Assembly (NCBI GenBank): GCA_050084985.1
Contig: JBITNC010000001.1
Coordinates: 183,706,001 to 183,770,000, forward strand
Reading direction: 5' to 3'
From: Nageia nagi
Lineage: Eukaryota > Plantae > Pinophyta
Length of the DNA: 64,000 bases
Within the stretch, counting starts at the first letter, position 1. The number at the start of each line of letters is the position of its first letter. The notes beneath the pieces were generated by a model. That model had not been told where the DNA came from, ran no database searches, and saw nothing but the letters and a program-made list of their open reading frames with translations. Shown one piece after another: positions 25,501 to 36,730 of this stretch. The position numbers were made by a program, and so were the translations under genes.

Positions 25501-27065
25501 AGAGATTGCTTGGTCAGCCCTCTCATCTTTAAGGGGGAGAATGTTAGCTTAATAGCTAATATATAGTTTGTGATTGTAATAAGCATATGTCTAATGTTGA
25601 CTATGCCAATAATTAAGGTTTAGATTAGCTTGGAATGCTAAATAATAGGAGTGCTAGACTTTGTATAGCATGTTACAAGTTTAAGAGATTCTTTAACTTA
25701 TTTTGTTCAACCATAATATTCTATTGTAAGGCTGTCTTGAGCCTATATATTACTTGTTTCCAATCAATACAAATCAGTTCATTATAGGAATTCTATACTA
25801 GAAGGATTATGTTCATATGTCTGCTATCTCCAATTACAGATTCCTCACACTATCCTCCAACAGAAGGTCAATCAGTGATTGTAAATATATATTTGGTGGG
25901 ATTTTTTATGGTATTTTTCCTCCAATAAGCAAAACTAGTCGCTGAAAGGCTGGAATCTAGTTGAATGGTGGTATTGCCACATATCCTGCAAAATGACTTC
26001 AATTGATTTCTTCGAAAGGATGAAGATCAAATATTATTTGGGTGCTACAATCAAAGTGTGAATGGGAAAAGAACTTTTTGGCCCTCGCAATTTTAAAAAT
26101 TGTTTTTGGCCTGACTGTAATGCTTTTACCGGTGTATCTAGTCATGAAAGATCATTTTTGGATAATTTTAGTTAAAATTTTCAACAAAACCAAAGACAGG
26201 TACTCATGATCAGGAATCAGGAATTTTATGTAATTGTGCAAGCTACAAGCTTTATGTTCTAGACCATTGGAGACTTTATCTTTCGCACAAGGTAATAATA
26301 TTTTTGATTGAACGCTAAGTTCTCGAGTATACTAAATAGTGTATAATTGCACTCCCGAGGGAAGGTCTATTTCCATCTACAGTAATTCAACGGGAACCAA
26401 TAAATCGATCATCCAGCAAACTCAACCCCGAATGAATAATCCATGGTTACAAATTTTTGGTGGAAATTTCAGCCAGGGATCCAGAAACCATTCTTGAGAG
26501 ATGGAGTAGAAAAACTAACCCTTTGCCTTTCCTCCTCGTAAGCCACACACCCAGAACCCGCAAGTGATACTAACAAACGCAAAACTTTAAATTCCCTATG
26601 CAATTGATAGTTTTCTTCCTCACTATTGCCCAAATTCCCAAAAAGGGGCCTACAAAGGAAATCCCAAAACTAGAGATTGTAATGAAAACAGGAAAGACAG
26701 AGATATTGTAAATAAACTTACTCGGTGCCTTTCTGTCTGAGTATGCGAAACTGCTCTGCTGAGAGAACAGCCTGCCACTCCTCCTCTGATTTTTGCACCG
26801 CCATTGGCTTCTGTTGGGATTGTGAACAGGCAAATGCCACACCAATTCTTCTGCTCTTGAACAGTAAGGGCAAAGAGTGTTTGATTGAAACTGTGGTGAA
26901 CTTGGGATGTAATTTATAACAAGAATTTGTTGGAATGGCGACGGCTGACTTGAGATCGGTGTTGTGGGTAAATGAGATTTTGCTCGCAAGAAGAGGGAGA
27001 GCCGGATTGGATCCAGGGGTCAGAGTTGCCAAATGTAAGGTTGCTCGAGAAAAGGGTGCTGCCAT
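16560..27065 (-). CDS. MSRB: Peptide methionine-R-sulfoxide reductase B, 2-Cys, probable plastid transit peptide (copy A). Exons 27065-26722, 17038-16882, 16712-16560; 217 aa
   Basis: Spliced product MAAPFSR...[128 protein letters not shown]. Both introns are GT-AG with consistent phases. Two CxxC motifs, GCGWP resolving Cys and RHCVNS catalytic Cys. The ORF-track start at 27077 is GTG; the first ATG is at 27065. Confidence 0.95.
19314..19569 (+). repeat. 5' LTR of the copia element
   Basis: TGTTAGC...TTCTATA; no mismatch found by eye against 25542-25797. Confidence 0.97.
19570..19583 (+). promoter_or_regulatory. Primer-binding site (tRNA-iMet)
   Basis: TGGTATCAGAGCCA directly abutting the 5' LTR. 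Confidence 0.95.
20870..21337 (+). CDS. Extra ORF upstream of gag: 155-aa acidic protein of unknown function with two SIM-like repeats
   Basis: Open frame 20843-21337, first ATG at 20870. Very D/E-rich. An 18-aa tandem repeat (21152-21259) is conserved at protein level with synonymous codon changes. Confidence 0.65.
   Translation: MIRANGCFAALKYLVDNASPELFDEEVQVYGIDTAFETVKQYVIQCQTVNEGYEGDTEEEDSFDSGYTPNDTEDPNYVPEEPVSIAQSESVEVFVPAPVEPELIIISDSDDYTPAPQPPETIIVRDSDEEIPNAAVREAQSSEGDNFGYSVPWEI
21418..25566 (+). CDS. Copia Gag-Pol polyprotein (Gag, RGG tract, CCHC knuckle, protease, integrase, RT, RNase H), 1382 aa
   Basis: [14 protein letters not shown]; [11 protein letters not shown]; WHLRYGH..CEGC; [21 protein letters not shown]; [12 protein letters not shown]; YVDD; SDSDW/TEAEY/ADIFTK. 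Domain order IN-RT-RH. Confidence 0.98.
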   Translation: MTSVNNSLPIPEFNGTKYEYWSIRMKTLLIGKGLWSIVDTGYTEPADWSILNEAARKAKEEDQRKDSLALSHIQSALADNLFPRIASCTTALQAWKALKDAYQGNTQVKQVRLQTFKREFENLRMKEDEAVGDYCVRVKAIIDQMETLGEEVKPEVVVKKVLRTLPRKWNHIAIIIEESKDLSTLTFDALIGSLTSHEERLEDPSPFGGEDKAFSTQGRGQGRGKKRGRGGRSHGGGQSRGGGSQAPGRGAGGNHSGNRGGQSSRGRGGDKSNKECHYCHKLGHYARECRLKASNEGKSNANYGEEEATSSSNLFLTYDQSHQNLNTTWILDTGCSNHMTGKKELFSKVDSSYKSHIRLGDDKELQVAGMGAMEVPTKEGIKKVHDIYYTPHLKHNLLSVGQMIEKNYKLVFEDGACVITDKNNGNRVVTTVSMTKNRLFPLKFGDHNNAQLANVTIENPSVLWHLRYGHLNFDSLKLLTSQNMVCGLPKVQAPKEEVCEGCALGKHARTKFPKDEAWRASYPLQLVHSDICGPMQTKSWGNHRYFLTFIDDFTRLCWVYFLQTKDQAFACFQDFKNDSEKQSGFLVKCLRTDNGGEFCSKEFLQFCKDVGIKRQYTASYTPQQNGVAERKNRTIVEMTRSMLQSKRLSNMYWAEAVRTSVYILNRCPTSSLDGITPYEGWYGKKPNVKHFRVFGCLAYAHIPDEKRQKLDPKSQACIFLGYCESNKAYRLYNPHTNKVVISRDVIFDEGGVWGHQKLYTDDGSHHENTSQVQPSGKTNLENTGPVENSSPISGAKRKRLEKNHPSSQMLDTNFQRRYTRSQASEMHDVLERLENIHLFGDDDSQEPKGDVVHYALMSNVELEPSSFEQACESDIWQEAMQVEINSINKNDTWELVELPQGKKCVGCKWVYKTKLKPDGSIDKHKARLVAKGFTQKYGFDYEETFAPVARQETIRLALSLAAHKGWNIQHMDVKSAFLNGYLNEEVYVNQPQGFVEQGKENLVYKLKKSLYGLKQAPRAWYSRIDGYFTKYGFTRSKSEPTLYYMNKGNDILIVCLYVDDLIFMGSSNKLNKDFQNSMMQEFEMTDLGLMHYFLGMEIHQKENEIFICQLKYAQEILKKFAMEKCTPVATPIGHGIQLCKEDGASKVDKTNYRSIVGSLMFLTNTRPDIQYAVSLVSRYMADPSELHLQAAKRILRYVKGTVDYGIHYYKTDVAKLVGFSDSDWGSNIDDRKSTSGNCFSLGSGLISWCSKKQTVVALSSTEAEYIAVIHASTQVLWLRKILEEIGEKQNDPTILYSDNMSAIQLAYNPIHHKRSKHFDMKYHFIRDMVDKKVVELKHCSTLDNIADIFTKGIAKAQFLKLRDCLVSPLIFKGENVSLIANI
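25531..25541 (+). promoter_or_regulatory. Polypurine tract
   Basis: AAGGGGGAGAA immediately before the 3' LTR. Confidence 0.93.
25542..25797 (+). repeat. 3' LTR of the copia element
   Basis: Matches the 5' LTR; followed by TSD CTAGA. Confidence 0.97.
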
Positions 27066-27546
27066 GTTTATCCCCACTAGTTCATGTAGAATTATTTGTT
27101 CACGTAGAATCCAATGACTGATAACTTGGGTGAAATTTTATTTATTTTCTTTTATAAAATTTAAGTAAGAAATAGTGGTGTGTATTATGTGAAAATTGGT
27201 GAAATATGAATTGACGGATAAAGGAGTTGGAGAGGTGGGTGGTTAAAAGCTCCTGGATACGGCAAGTTCAGGTTCAAAACTCTTCACCTTTAAAAGTTGA
27301 AACATACCTAAAATCCTATTGAGTTGATGGTAGGTGCAAATGAAGTTGGGATCGTGCCTCGGGTGGCTTTTGACAGCGTAAATGCCCCTCAATCGTGGCT
27401 CTAAGCTTAAAAGTTTTTGGTACCCAGTATCAGAGGACAAAATTCCAACAATAAAAAAAAAAATTAATGAAGTAACAAATCAGATTATATAAAAACTGTA
27501 ATGAAATGTATACGAAAGCTCAAAAGTTATAGAGATGATATTTATC

Positions 27547-28457
27547 TTTTTTTTTAATGAAAAGTTAAATTATATTAATAAAGTGATTTCATATAAAAAG
27601 GGTGGTGGACTTAACACACTCAAAATGGTATATCAACTAAAAAGATGGGTTAAATAAAAAATATCAAAACATTACATAATCTTGTAACATGGTCTTCAAA
27701 CATAAATGTCAAAAAGGGACTTTATTCATAACTGATAGAAATCACTCTCCATGATTGTGATCTAGAGGGCAAGATGAAAATTCTCCATATTGGGATCATA
27801 ATGCCACCCACTCAAAGAGTATGTGGGGACATTCCAACCATCATCATTAGACATTCATATCCTCACCATGGTGAATGTCTGGAGTTATCACAATAGCAAT
27901 CCTGGTATCACCCAATCCAATTATTAGTAGAGAAGCTTTTAGGTGTATGTCTCGACCAAAAGTATGGTAAGAGGGGCTCCCTCCATGAGCAAAGGCACAC
28001 TTGCAAGCTGGTGAAGGCTATGACCAGTGCTTTATTTCATGCAAAACCCCAAGCCATGGTTGCAAGCTCCATTGGGAGCGAGAACATGACCATTGGCAAT
28101 CGCAAGGTGGCGAGCTAGGAGGAACCCAATTAATAGTGCAAAATGCATTACCCAAGTGGTCCATGAGGTTCTTAAGGTGTTGAAACTTCACATTAACTTT
28201 TTCAACTTAAACAATGATTTACAACCAACAATCATAGAAAATATAGTACTTATTAGCAAGGGAAAAAGAGAGAGAAGTATCTTATTGATTAAACATTTCC
28301 CTATTATGAGTTTTCCAAATATGAAACAAAGTAGTAATGCAAAAAATATTCTAAATAATATGAAGATTATCTAAAAACTCAATGGGATCACCCATAATTG
28401 CACACGATCAGGAGAAGGGGTTGAGCATAAAGGGTATAAAAAATGAAAGCAACAAAT
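27547..28457 (-). mobile_element. 3' end of a second, older LINE upstream of MSRB-A
   Basis: T-tract followed by aatgaaaag..tatatta, resembling the LINE end at 6241; shared cattccaaccatcat motif. Confidence 0.6.
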
Positions 28458-28688
28458 TGTTGGAAATTGTAATGTAATATTGTGTAATATTTCTTTTTAA
28501 TATAAATTTATTTAATGTTTAAAGTATCTTTAGATACATTAAAGCATTAAAAGAATAAATATGGAAAGAAAAATAAATATAAAATACCTTTAACCTTACC
28601 TTTGGGTAAAAAGAAGGTTAAAGGGTGGGTTTCTTCTTATAAATAGAGAGGTACCCTTCTCATTATGTAATTGGATGAAGCATAGTAA
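28458..28688 (+). mobile_element. Truncated 5' LTR (first ~231 bp) of the element at 56091-59981
   Basis: About 90% match to 56091-56322; cut at the duplication breakpoint. Confidence 0.85.
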
Positions 28689-30540
28689 GGACAAAACTAA
28701 CCAACACCACAAGGTGGACCTTTCATGAGCATTATTGGAGGCATAAACATTCACGATACGGAAGGGCTTCTCAAACATTTTGAAAAGGACCCAAATGACC
28801 TAGTTGGACGGGTCCACTCCCCAAGAAATAATATTAAACTACCAATTGGGGGAAACAAAAATAATGGCACCGCTAGAACTAACCACATGATTCAAGTGAA
28901 AGAAGGGGCCACCTACCTGCAAAAGGAATTTAGAAACTTTAACTTCCTGAAAATAAATAAAATCTAATTTTCCAAACATGAGATTGACATCATCAATCTT
29001 TGTATGGATTGTATACTTTTGGGATGGGTCCGTTAATCCCCTCACATTCCAAGAAAGGTAATTCATTGGGAAATGTCAAGTTTTGAAGCTACCACAACAT
29101 TATCCTAGATATCCATATGCTATAGCATAGCAAAAGCATTTCCATCATGTCCACCATCCACCTGGTGATGTTTTTCCATAGGAGCATCCCTTCCACCTCG
29201 GAGAGGACTCCAAGATCATTGAGCATGAGAAGTTAAAGAATCCTCCCGTAGACAAGCAAAAGGTGGAGTAGAGATAACCATAGTTAAAGAAGGACCAGAC
29301 CATACAGGGTTCTCGGGCTCTTGAGCATTAGAAATGTGAACATCAAAATCTATGGGACTTAGAGAAATGGAAGGCATAGAAGAGGTAGTAGGCATAGAGG
29401 AAGTTTGAGGCCTAGCTTGAACATTGTTAATTGGGGCTCGGGCCTAAGGCATAAGAACATGGACTTGAGGCATCCCTACAGAGCCTTGAGGGGCATGGTT
29501 CTTATTTCAATGAGAAGAAATAGTAGTCCAAGCTTGATCCCTTGAAACTGGGGTTGAGGTAGCAGGTACAGGATTAGCTTACAAGGGGGTAGTAGCAGTG
29601 GTTTGGGCTTTAAACCTTCCTTCCATAAGGGGGCACTCTTGAATTTTATGGTGAGGGGATTGGAAGCAAAAGCAAGTATCAAGGAGACCAATGTAATTAA
29701 CCTTCTGATGAACAAACTCATCATCAATGACCAAGTCAATTTCATCAAGATGATATTTCGTGAGGTCTAGCCTCACACACACCCGCCTAACCGATCGAGC
29801 CAAAAAGAACTGCTCAGGTTCATAACACACAAATGTGTTAATTTACTTAGCACAAGGTTTCAAAAAAGTTCAAAGGGTATGGGGGAGATTAGGAAATTTA
29901 ATCCAAATAGGAAATTCCATAGAGGAGCTTTGTGACACATCAAAAGAACCAGAGTATGGTTGCAAAACTAGCAAAGAGTTTTGGATCATCCAAGGTCCTT
30001 TGGACAAGATTTTCTTGACATGCATGGGGTTAGAAAACTAAAACAAGAAATACCCTTTGGTCAGGTTTTGCACATTCTCAACCTTAAACCCATAAGGGCC
30101 CCAAACTTGAGAAACCCATTGACACAAAATACTCACTAGGAATTCTACCAAGAAAATAACCAACCAAATTGTGCAATTCAAACCATGCACAGGACTCCTT
30201 AAAGTCATGCAGGGGAATATAAACTCAAGGGACATGAGAATTACCTTATGTTATACCTTCGATAAGAGTTTTCATGGCTTCTTCTTAGGCATCATCTTGC
30301 ATGTGAGCCGCTTCACTAGAAAGTGAATCGACAGAATGAGACTCAACCATTCTTAAACACACCAAAGCCCACTGCTAGAGGCAAAAAAAGGAGGCTAATC
30401 AATATGAGTAGAAATCCCACAAAGGCTATCAAGCATGGTGGTCTGACCAAAGCAAGGACAATGAATGTAGGGTAGCTCGACATGGCAACTTAGGGTTTCT
30501 AGGAGGACTTTCCAGGGGTGTCCTTCATTTTCATGCAATG
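28689..30540 (-). mobile_element. L1-type LINE, 5' half (5'UTR, ORF1 with zinc knuckle, N-terminal part of the endonuclease); same element as 6245-9966
   Basis: ORF1 ATG at 30483, fragments with RVCVRLDL and CFCFQSPHHKIQECP; ORF2 start MNYLSWNVRGL at 29066, FQEVK, IVNVYASN; second TSD copy TTCTAATTGATATTTTT at 30541-30557. Confidence 0.88.
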
Positions 30541-31316
30541 TTCTAATTGATATTTTTCATTATAAAATATTTGATTTTTTTAGTCTATATAATTATTAAT
30601 ACTTTTTAGAATATTTTGACGATTATTTTGTAATTAGAATAGAATAACCTACAAAAATATGTACAATAAGATTTAAATATAAACTAATGAGTTTTAGAAT
30701 TCATGTAATCTCTTAATACAATTATTAATAAAGAAAAGTTTTCAATGAATATATTCAAATATTTTAGTTTTACTTATCCATGACATTCATAACACATAAT
30801 TTAACTCTTGTTGATAGAAAGAGATGAAATTCTCAAAAGACATTTATTTTCATAATGTGTATGAACAAAGTGAAAAAAAATGCATTTGATAAATTACTTC
30901 TCTTGATAATAAATTTTTATATTTAATAAATTTAAACTCCATATCTATATTTATTAATATGGTTTGTAATATATTTTGAAGTATAATTAAGATATAAAAT
31001 TATAATGTACGACAATAATGTTACCTATCTAGTATAGAAGATAGATTATTATTAAAAATAAATATTACAATATAATAGTATAATAAACAAGATGATTAAT
31101 ATGACCATATAAAAATAGGATGACTACGATTAATTTATTAAAATATATTCAAATCTTTACATATTATAATAGATCATCCATTATTCATTCACACCCTTGA
31201 ATAGCATTGTATGGAGGGATATTAGCAATTAAAGAATGACAACCTTGTTATTATGTGAGATATGTGAAACAAATATCGATTCTTTGATGAATATATCAAT
31301 TTGAGAAGGTAGTAAC

Positions 31317-33188
31317 TGTTGAGCATGTGTGATTGTCATTGTTGTCAACACGTGGTTTTGGTAAAGATCGGGTTCCGGAAGTGATGAAGTCAGCAAGGAG
31401 AATTGAAAAGCCGGGGTTAGTAAATAAAGCGTTCCGGAAGAGATGACGTCAGCGATTTCGGGCCTTAACCCAAAACCGAAGCCCGAAAGTGATGAGGTCA
31501 GCAAGGAGCGATCAAATAGCCGGCGCCAGTGAGTAAAACATTCCGGAGGGAAGAGATGACGTCACGGGAAGAACGATGTTCACATTTTTGAATGAAACCG
31601 GGTTCCGGAGATGATGAGGTCAGCAAGGGGTGATTAAAAAGGCCGGAGTCAGTAGATTAAGCATTCTGGAATGAAATGATAAAAGCTCAGTTGTGGAAAA
31701 AATCGAGTTCCGGAGAAAGTGAGTAGAGCATTCCGAAAGCATGAAGATGACGTCACGGGGAGAACAACGTTCACATTTTTGAATGAAACCGGTCCCGGAG
31801 ATGATGAGGTCAGCAAGGAGTGATCAAATAACCGGAGCCAGTGAGTAAAACATTCCAGAATGTAGAGATGAGAACAACAAAGAGAGATCAAATAGCCGGA
31901 GCCAGTAAATAGAATATCTCGGAAGCGATAAGGACAGCGAGAAGTCAGATCACAGTCTGTTGAGCATGTGTGATTATTTCTTTTTTTCGGAAGGCCACAC
32001 AGATACCTTGGAACTCTCTTCCAGAGTCCAGAGATGATGACATCATAGTGTATACAACAAACATCTGGACATCTTTAAGTTTCTTTTTTCCGAAAATGAC
32101 ATCAGCACGGACATCGCGGGAAGCGTTTTACTCTACTTCCGGAGTCCAGAGAAGATGACGTTAGCAGTTGGTGTTGAAAATTCTGGAAGGCCACGCAGAT
32201 ACATTGGAACTCTCTTCCGGAGTCCGAAAATTATGACATCATGGTGTATACAATAAACATCCGGTAAGCTAGTCAATCTCTAGGCTATAGAAAGAGACTC
32301 CGGAACTAAGGCTAGATAAAAAAGAGAAACCTAGAACTACCATTATGAAGAAGAAAAGAGTCCGGGATTATAAGAAATAATTAGATACTGTCAAATCTCC
32401 AAAATTAGTGGAGAAAGAGCTATACTTGTCTGAACAACTCTGTTTGAGCAATAGGAGCATTCGTCAGTTACAGCAGTTGCAGTCTTAGATAGTGAACTCT
32501 CTTAGTGCAGGAGCAGTTACAAATAAAGATTTTTTTTCAGTTTGTTTTGATAACGTGTGATGACAGGAACAGTTTCTTGGGGGGTTTTCTTGATGTGTAA
32601 CGGTTTTTAAGAGTGAATGTGAGATGGAGTAAGAGGGGCGTGTAGTGGAGTGTGAGGGGAGAAGGGCGGTAAATGAGGTAATAGCATGGAAGAGGGGAGT
32701 ATGAGGATGAGGTGAAGTGAGCAAACGAATATGCAGAGAGTATAGTGATTGTTTAACTGTGTTACTTTGGAGCTGTGTGCAGAGATCAAACAATGAGCAT
32801 TAGAGCTAGACCATTGAGGGTCTTCTAGAACTGTATTCTTTCCTCCTTATTGAATGTTGTATCAAGTGGGTGCTTGAGAGTTGGAGTTGGTGCTCCAAGC
32901 AGTAGGTGCTGCTATTTTTAAAGTGGTAGTTGGTGCTACCCTTCACAGTTGGTGCTGTGAATCTGTAAGCTTTCTTTAATGACTGGATTTGGATTGGAGT
33001 CCAAGCAGTCATTTTCGAGGATGTAGCCAATCTGGTGAACCTCGTTATATCTGGTGTTGTGTGATGTACTTGGTGTGCTTGCTCAATTTTCTCTGGATTT
33101 TAATCTGTCTTTATTTAAGAAGGTTAAATTGATTTTTTTTTGATACACTGATTCACCCCCCCCTCTCAGTGTCACTCGAAGTCCAACA
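31317..33188 (+). mobile_element. Long solo LTR (~1.87 kb), SIRE/Maximus-like
   Basis: TGTTG...CAACA termini; near-TSD GTAAC/GTAAA; ATTCACCCCCCCCTCT close to the 3' end; 5' half is an array of TCCGGA and TGACGTCA palindromes. Confidence 0.75.
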
Positions 33189-34479
33189 GTAAATATGCTA
33201 ATTATACGAGATTTCTTAGTTGTCATCATTTTCCCATGATACTAGTCGTGAGATATGCATAAAGAAAAAGAAAAATACTACTTGTAATCAACCATTAAAT
33301 GTTATAATATAGAAATATTATATTATTAATATGATAACATATTATTAGATTTTTATAAAAAAAAAATTTGGTATAGTTAGTTAACTATAATTTTCATATT
33401 AACTATCTCAAACTAAATATAGATATTTTTAAATATACATATTACAATATGATTGCACATAAATACTAAACATACAATGGATTTTAGATCTTTTTAAAAT
33501 CTATATTACCATATGTGATAAAAATAGTATGTATGTAGATGATTAATTATTCTCTAAGGAGAAATTCAATATAGGATTAAAACATAATTCATTTCCTACA
33601 CATGTTCCTTATCTAGTTGAGGTGCTATTTTATACCTTTATATACCTTTGAATCTAAGATAGCCTACAACACCTTAAATTAACCAAAAAAAGACTTATTT
33701 ATATGTTAGCAATACTCTCTATCCTCAAAACAATATGAATGATTCTAAGTTACCATTTATAATGAAGCATTGATGCTTGAGGCTTATCCTCCATATATAT
33801 ATAATTTTGTTCACAATTTTTTTGACATCTAAATCATATATAAAATTTTGTAAACATAATTAAAGAGATGTATAATATTTTATTTTTTATTATTTATTTA
33901 AAATATTAGAAAAAAAATTATGTATTATAATACAATGAAGGTTTTCTTTCTATATTATAAAAGGAATGTATGGTATTTATTATTTAAATTGATTAATAAA
34001 TGAATCAAGCCAATTAACATAATACACTATGATAAAATGAGATACAAAAATGATTTATGTATTTCATCCATCTATAAAGTTTCATGGTTTGGGTAAGAAT
34101 ATTTGGGGCAACTTATAGTATAAGACTCAATGCAGTGCAAATTTTGTTAAAGCTATTATATCATAAACTCAATATGAGCTTAAATGGGGTGGCACCATTG
34201 AAGAATACACTGGGTAGCTGCAAATTATTTGTGCATGCTTACATTGAACAGAAGGTTGAATGATGATCCCACATGCAGGAGTGTTGAGGGAGAGGGAAAG
34301 AGGAGAGAGAGGATAAATGGGAGGGGAGGAGAAGTATGAAAGCATACTTAACTGGATGGGGTCAATGGGTGATAAGCAAGGTCGATGGCCTAGGGAGGGC
34401 ACTCCCATTGCACATGGGAGGGGGCTCTTCCTAGCATCTCCCAATGCAGAGAGTGCATGTCATAATTTGTGAAAGAGGG

Positions 34480-35000
34480 GGATCATGTCCACACAGCCTC
34501 CACCAAACACAAATCTTAACCCACCAATATTATGGGTCTTCCATTTGCTTCTTGTCTTTTACAAAGAATATTACAACCCATTAATATCATTTATTTGAGG
34601 ACCAATAAGTAAGACTTAAATGTTTGGTTTAGGAATGGAATGGTTTCAGGTAAATATAGATTGTATTCTTCTTGGTAAGCAGATGATGTATATTCCTAGG
34701 TGATTAATCTTGCATTCCAGCTTTGAGACGAGTAGCTACTTTAGTGTGGTCATATATCTTCAACCCCCTTTTCTCTACCTTACAAAGTTATTCTTCCTAA
34801 AATACAATGACCAACATTCTACAGATGTAACTCCTTAACTGAAATATGATGGAACCACTAGCTAGATCAAAGTAGGAGCAGAGAATCTACCAATGCTATA
34901 AATACCGACCTCAAATTTTCAAATAATGAGAGAGGTAAGGGAAAATATTGGCTTGTACTTATTTCATATGTCCTCATCAACCTTCTCAAATCTTGATACC
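34480..35000 (-). mobile_element. Possible highly decayed LINE ORF2 fragment
   Basis: Weak GGL and KL.GW-like remnants on the minus strand; no intact frame. Confidence 0.3.
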
Positions 35001-35729
35001 ATAGTCTCTCTTCCTTCCCTTCTTGCCATGATGTATTCATATTTTCCTTTAGCTCATTGCTAGTTACTTTCCCACAAGTTTCTTACAAGTTGTAGACATA
35101 GTAATTTTGTGCTAAAAAAAAAGGTTGTTCTTTTATCACACAAAATCAAAGTATACAAGTGTTTATTTCAAAAGCACTTGCATGCGTTGGATTATATTTT
35201 CCATGTTTTGTATTTAATAAAATTTTTACGAAATATTTCTTCAATATAATTATGTATTACTTGTCTCTTACTTTTTATTTTTAACTTGTTCATATTTTCT
35301 GTATGCACATAAGTTGTTAAATTAATTTTAGTATACTAATGTTTGATTTTCTATATACAAGGTATATGTTTAAGCTTCCTTTGTATATGTGTAAGCATTC
35401 GTTTGGAATACAAATCAGTTATATTTGATAATGATAGTTAGTTACTCACTTGGGAGAGTTATATTTATATCCTAAGTGTCTTCTTTGGAGAGGGAGAATG
35501 CATAATGTTGAATCGATGATTATCAATCATTTTTGGACCATGTATGATGATGCAAATTCTTTGGAGCATCAATTTATTACATCGCGTGTTTGTTAGCATT
35601 ATGTGGGGGATGAGGATGGCTACTCTGCCAATAGCATGGAAAGTTGGTGTTGCACTCTGGTTGTTGGAAAATCTCTTATCCACCTTTCCCAGCATCGTCA
35701 AAGCCAACTCCAAAGGATCTTTAAAAGCA

Positions 35730-36730
35730 GATTAAATGTTGTAATGGTGAATACACTAGAATATGTATTGTACATAAAATGTGAAACATAGAGAATGCAT
35801 GTAAGTTATTTGATGAGATGCATGCGATATTTACAGCCTCACGACGTGTAGCGATCACAAAATATGGATAACATGAGAAAATTTTAGGTAGGTACAATTT
35901 TCAAGAGTAAAGCCCAACCCCGCAACCTTTTTCGTATCCTTTCAGCATGCACCATGATGGGAATTCTAGAAGGTGTAGAAATCCCTCAAAGAGTGATTGC
36001 AAATAGTCGTGCAAATAGCATAACATGTTTATGTGTTCTACTATATCCGAGAAGGACTAGTAGATGAGTCTTGTAGCAACTTTTATTGAAATTATTCTTG
36101 GGAATATTATTATACATGTATTATTGATCGCCTTTCGCTACACAGGTGCACCAAATTGGGTACGAAACGACATATTCTTGGTACGTGTACACCACTTATG
36201 AATGTAGGAGCAAAGATTATGTGGAAACAATTATTTTTGTTGGAGACTAAATATACTCCATCATATGTTCTCCTTTCAAATATTTTTGCTAAAGTGGGCA
36301 ACAAGGATGATGTTCTAAGTAAGGAAATTAATGAAAGATATAGGAAATAAGAAGACTCTTTGATGTATTTGGATTGAAGTTGACAGAGTATTCGTGCTTT
36401 TTTTATAAGAGATAGATTGAACACATGAGATCTATGGCAATTTGAAGAAACGATCGAGTAAGATGAGGGTAGCAAATTATATTTTCGAATATAATACCTG
36501 CGTTGAATGATATGGAAGCTGGAGATAAAGAATTGCTTAGAAAAGTTGGCAATTGCATTTAGGTTATTAAAGACTCCATTGGAAACGTTACTAAGGTTGT
36601 GAAAAGCCTTCGACTATGTGATGACTACAGTTCTGTAACCAAGTTTATCCCTAGGAATATTGCTACAAGGGATGCAAATCAATTTCTTCATTTCAAACAC
36701 GGAGAATGTTCTTATGGGAATTATTGGTGA
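35730..36730 (+). pseudogene. PLS-class PPR-DYW pseudogene remnant 1
   Basis: ENACKLFDEM; YVLLSNIFAKVG (E domain); EKLAIAF; RDANQFLHFKHGECSYGNYW* ending at 36730. Many indels and stops. Confidence 0.8.

Larger units (their letters stand above)
19314..25797 (+). mobile_element. Intact full-length Ty1/copia LTR retrotransposon (6484 bp; tentatively Ivana/Oryco-like), antisense in MSRB intron 1
   Basis: Two 256-bp LTRs, PBS, PPT, uninterrupted gag-pol; TSD CTAGA at 19309-19313 and 25798-25802; single CTAGA at the empty paralogous site 53434-53438. Confidence 0.98.
9967..28688. repeat. Segmental duplication copy A (~12.2 kb plus a 6.5-kb copia insertion)
   Basis: Collinear with 44015-56322 from AGTTAGATTGGATCTC to GAAGCAT(A/G)GTAA. 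Confidence 0.97.

Noticed and set aside
25542-25566. gag-pol reading through the PPT into the 3' LTR
   Set aside because: Real, but common in compact copia elements.
31370-31900. Spaced repeats superficially resembling a CRISPR array
   Set aside because: Eukaryotic context, spacers are themselves repeated, no cas genes; this is an LTR internal array.
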